The translations under genes and the position numbers were made by a program. From NCBI GenBank assembly GCA_002269645.1, contig NIVC01000361.1, positions 1-64,000 of the forward strand: a stretch of 64,000 bases of DNA, written 5' to 3'. Below, piece by piece: positions 60,853 through 64,000 of this stretch. Under the pieces are notes generated by a model, which was given only the letters and a program-made list of their open reading frames with translations, had not been told where the DNA came from and ran no database searches. The stretch is from Macrostomum lignano. Its lineage: Eukaryota. Position 1 is the first letter of the stretch; every line of letters begins with the position of its first letter.

Positions 60853-60897
60853 CCGCCTCCGGCTTTGTGCCATTGCATATCCGAAATGTTGCGTTGT

Positions 60898-61350
60898 AGC
60901 TGAAATGGGTGCTGCCATCCATTGTGCTGAAATGGGCCGCTGCCATCCATTGTGTGCTGAAATGGGCCGCTGCCATCCATTGTGTGCTGAAATGGGCCGC
61001 TGCCATCCATTGTGTGCTGAAATTGGCCGCTGCCATCCATTGTGCTGAAATGGGCCGCTGCCATCCATTGTGTGCTGAAATGGGCCGCTGCCATCCATTG
61101 TGTGCTGAAATTGGCCGCTGCCATCCATTGTGCTGAAATGGGCCGCTGCCATCCATTGTGTGCTGAAATGGGCCGCTGCCATCCATTGTGTGCTGAAATG
61201 GGCCGCTGCCATCCATTGTGTGCTGAAATGGGCCGCTGCCATCCATTGTGTGCTGAAATGGGCCGCTGCCATCCTTTGTGTGCTGAAATGGGCCGCTGCC
61301 ATCCATTGTGTGCTGAAATGGGCCGCTGCCATCCATTGTGTGCTGAACTG
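60898..61350. repeat. 30/28-bp minisatellite TGCTGAAATGGGCCGCTGCCATCCATTGTG, about 15 copies, in the LNX 3' region
   Basis: Direct copies starting about 45 nt after the stop. Confidence 0.96.
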
Positions 61351-62631
61351 GACCCACGTGCTAATCACTCTACTGCTAGCAATATTTTGCGTTTGTATTG
61401 ATTATTCAAAATCATGCAGAGAATTGATGAACAAATTGATTTTCCGTCATTTTTTAGTCCAACTAAGACGAAAATGTTGTTTAATAATCTCAAAGTCACA
61501 TTTTTGTTTTGCTTTGTGGCTTGAGTGGGTTGGAGTCACCTTTTGCAGTATTTTTCATTGCTATTGCACTGTCTGCAGTGCTGGGAGTGCCGCACCCGCC
61601 GCCTGTCATCTCACCGTCTCCGTCTCACCCGGTCTCGCGCGCACTTGGATTTTGAATTATTGACCCGAAAATATTCAACCGCCAACTTTTATTAATCTCA
61701 ATGTATGATTCTGCTGGCTGACTGCCATGTTTCCCTTGAAAGAAGATGTTCCTCCCAAAAAGCGGCTTCTCATGTCGAATGCAGCAGCTTCTGCTCATTT
61801 TTCGTACAGTTTTGATTCTCAAATTATTTATTTCTAATCTAAATAAATTTATCTGGTCATTGCGCTCGCTCTACCCTACTAACAACTGCTTTGTCAGTAG
61901 TGCAGTGCGGACACGATTAGTGCACTTTTTATCGAGTGTTTGTTTATCTGCCGTGTATTTTTGCCTTTTCTCGGCTTTTGCTTGATTTCCCCCCCCCCGC
62001 GCTCCACTCCTTCTAGGAGAGCAGCCCGCTGCAGCTGAAAATTTTCGGCGCTTTTTATGAGTCCGTTTGCTGTACAGATTTGCCTGCGTCTCTGCTGCTA
62101 AGCCCGCCTGTTACTTGCGGACCACGTGCTCCTGTATTTTTATATTTCTGCTTCTATTATTATTTATTCATTTATTTTTGCAGTTGTTCAAATTTTAGTG
62201 CGTGCTCTTTCTCTCTTTGTGTCCTTTATTAAACAATAGAATCTGCTAAATACACCAGGCAAACACATTTCAGCTACTAACAGTAATATATTATACACTC
62301 TGCTTGGGTCTCATTTATCGGAATTCATTATTCATCGCAACGCGCGCCTGTTTTAGAATTCAACAAGATTTGCTTCATTTGATTATAAACTGCAGACAGA
62401 CATTTAATAGATGGAGCTAGAGAGGTTCAGGTAAACTGAAGTTCACATTGTTTACCTTCAAAGCTGCTGATTTGTGCGACTCTGATTACTCCTGGCGGGT
62501 CCAGTCTTGATTTTATAGGTCCGCATCAAGTGTCCGGCTCTTTCAAGAATGAAAATATTCAAGATGGTCCACCTAAGGCAGGAGGTAAAGCTACCGAGGC
62601 TAATGAACCAACGTAAGGTACACGTAAACAC

Positions 62632-63290
62632 AGACAGAGACAGACAGACAGACAGACAGACACATAGACAGACAGACAGACACTAAGACAGGCAGACAGA
62701 CAGACTGACTGACTGCAGGACAGACAGACAGACAGGCAGACACTAAGACAGACAGACTGACTGACTGCAGGACAGACAGACACATAGACAGACAGACAGA
62801 CACTAAGACAGGCAGACAGACAGACTGACTGACTGCAGGACAGACAGACAGACAGGCAGACACTAAGACAGACAGACTGACTGACTGCAGGACAGACAGA
62901 CAGACAGACAGACAGACAGGCAGACACTAAGACAGACAGACTGACTGACTGCAGGACAGACAGACAGACAGACAGACAGACAGGCAGACACTAAGACAGA
63001 CTGACTGACTGACTGCAGGACAGACAGACAGACAGGCAGACACTAAGACAGACTGACTGACTGACTGCAGGACAGACAGACAGACAGACAGACAGACAGG
63101 CAGACACTAAGACAGACAGACTGACTGACTGCAGGACAGACAGACAGACAGGCAGACACTAAGACAGACTGACTGACTGACTGCAGGACAGACAGACAGA
63201 CAGGCAGACACTAAGACAGACAGACTGACTGACTGCAGGACAGACAGACAGACAGGCAGACACTAAGACAGACAGACTGACTGACTGCAG

Positions 63291-63326
<36 letters not shown>

Positions 63327-63362
63327 GGCAGACACTAAGACAGACTGACTGACTGACTGCAG

Positions 63363-63394
<32 letters not shown>

Positions 63395-63538
63395 GGCAGA
63401 CACTAAAACAGACAGACTGACTGACTGCAGGACAGACAGACAGACAGGCAGACACTAAGACAGACAGACTGACTGACTGCAGGACAGACAGACAGACAGA
63501 CAGGCAGACACTAAGACAGACAGACTGACTGACTGCAG

Positions 63539-63570
<32 letters not shown>

Positions 63571-63718
63571 GGCAGACACTAAGACAGACAGACTGACTGA
63601 CTGCAGGACAGACAGACAGACAGGCAGACACTAAGACAGACAGACTGACTGACTGCAGGACAGACAGACAGACAGACAGACAGGCAGACACTAAGACAGA
63701 CAGACTGACTGACTGCAG

Positions 63719-63750
<32 letters not shown>

Positions 63751-63838
63751 GGCAGACACTAAGACAGACTGACTGACTGACTGCAGGACAGACAGACAGA
63801 CAGGCAGACACTAAGACAGACTGACTGACTGACTGCAG

Positions 63839-63870
<32 letters not shown>

Positions 63871-64000
63871 GGCAGACACTAAGACAGACAGACTGACTGA
63901 CTGCAGGACAGACAGACAGACAGGCAGACACTAAGACAGACTGACTGACTGACTGCAGGACAGACAGACAGACAGACAGACAGACAGGCAGACACTAAGA
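62632..64000. repeat. Complex (GACA)n-derived satellite GACAGACAGGCAGACACTAAGACAGACAGACTGACTGACTGCAG, running off the window end
   Basis: Direct copies with a variable GACA count. Confidence 0.96.

Overview
This is animal (metazoan) genomic DNA with spliceosomal GT-AG introns, GC-rich exons and very dense 20-60 bp minisatellites. That style suggests a flatworm such as Macrostomum, which is an inference only. Five host genes can be reconstructed with exact splice phases: a 2-exon rhodopsin-class peptide-receptor-like GPCR (+), a 4-exon SLC10 sodium/bile-acid symporter (-), intronless NC2-beta/DR1 (+), BAF/BANF1 (+), and a 10-exon LNX-type RING + TRAF-Zn + 4xPDZ E3 ligase (+) spanning about 31 kb, with a different minisatellite in every intron. 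A transposon graveyard lies at 10.8-28 kb. It holds hAT remnants, a Ty3/gypsy RT fragment, a LINE 3' end, tRNA-derived SINEs, an internally deleted mariner, and a pol-less LTR element. That LTR element has a tRNA-Leu PBS, a Gag-like ORF, a separately promoted accessory ORF and an LTR packed with MEF2/CRE/AP-1 modules; it was inactivated mostly by in-frame stops explicable by C-to-T changes. Also notable are a candidate RING-less LNX isoform exon and a candidate 3'-UTR intron in DR1. All coordinates were derived by hand; repeat boundaries are approximate.
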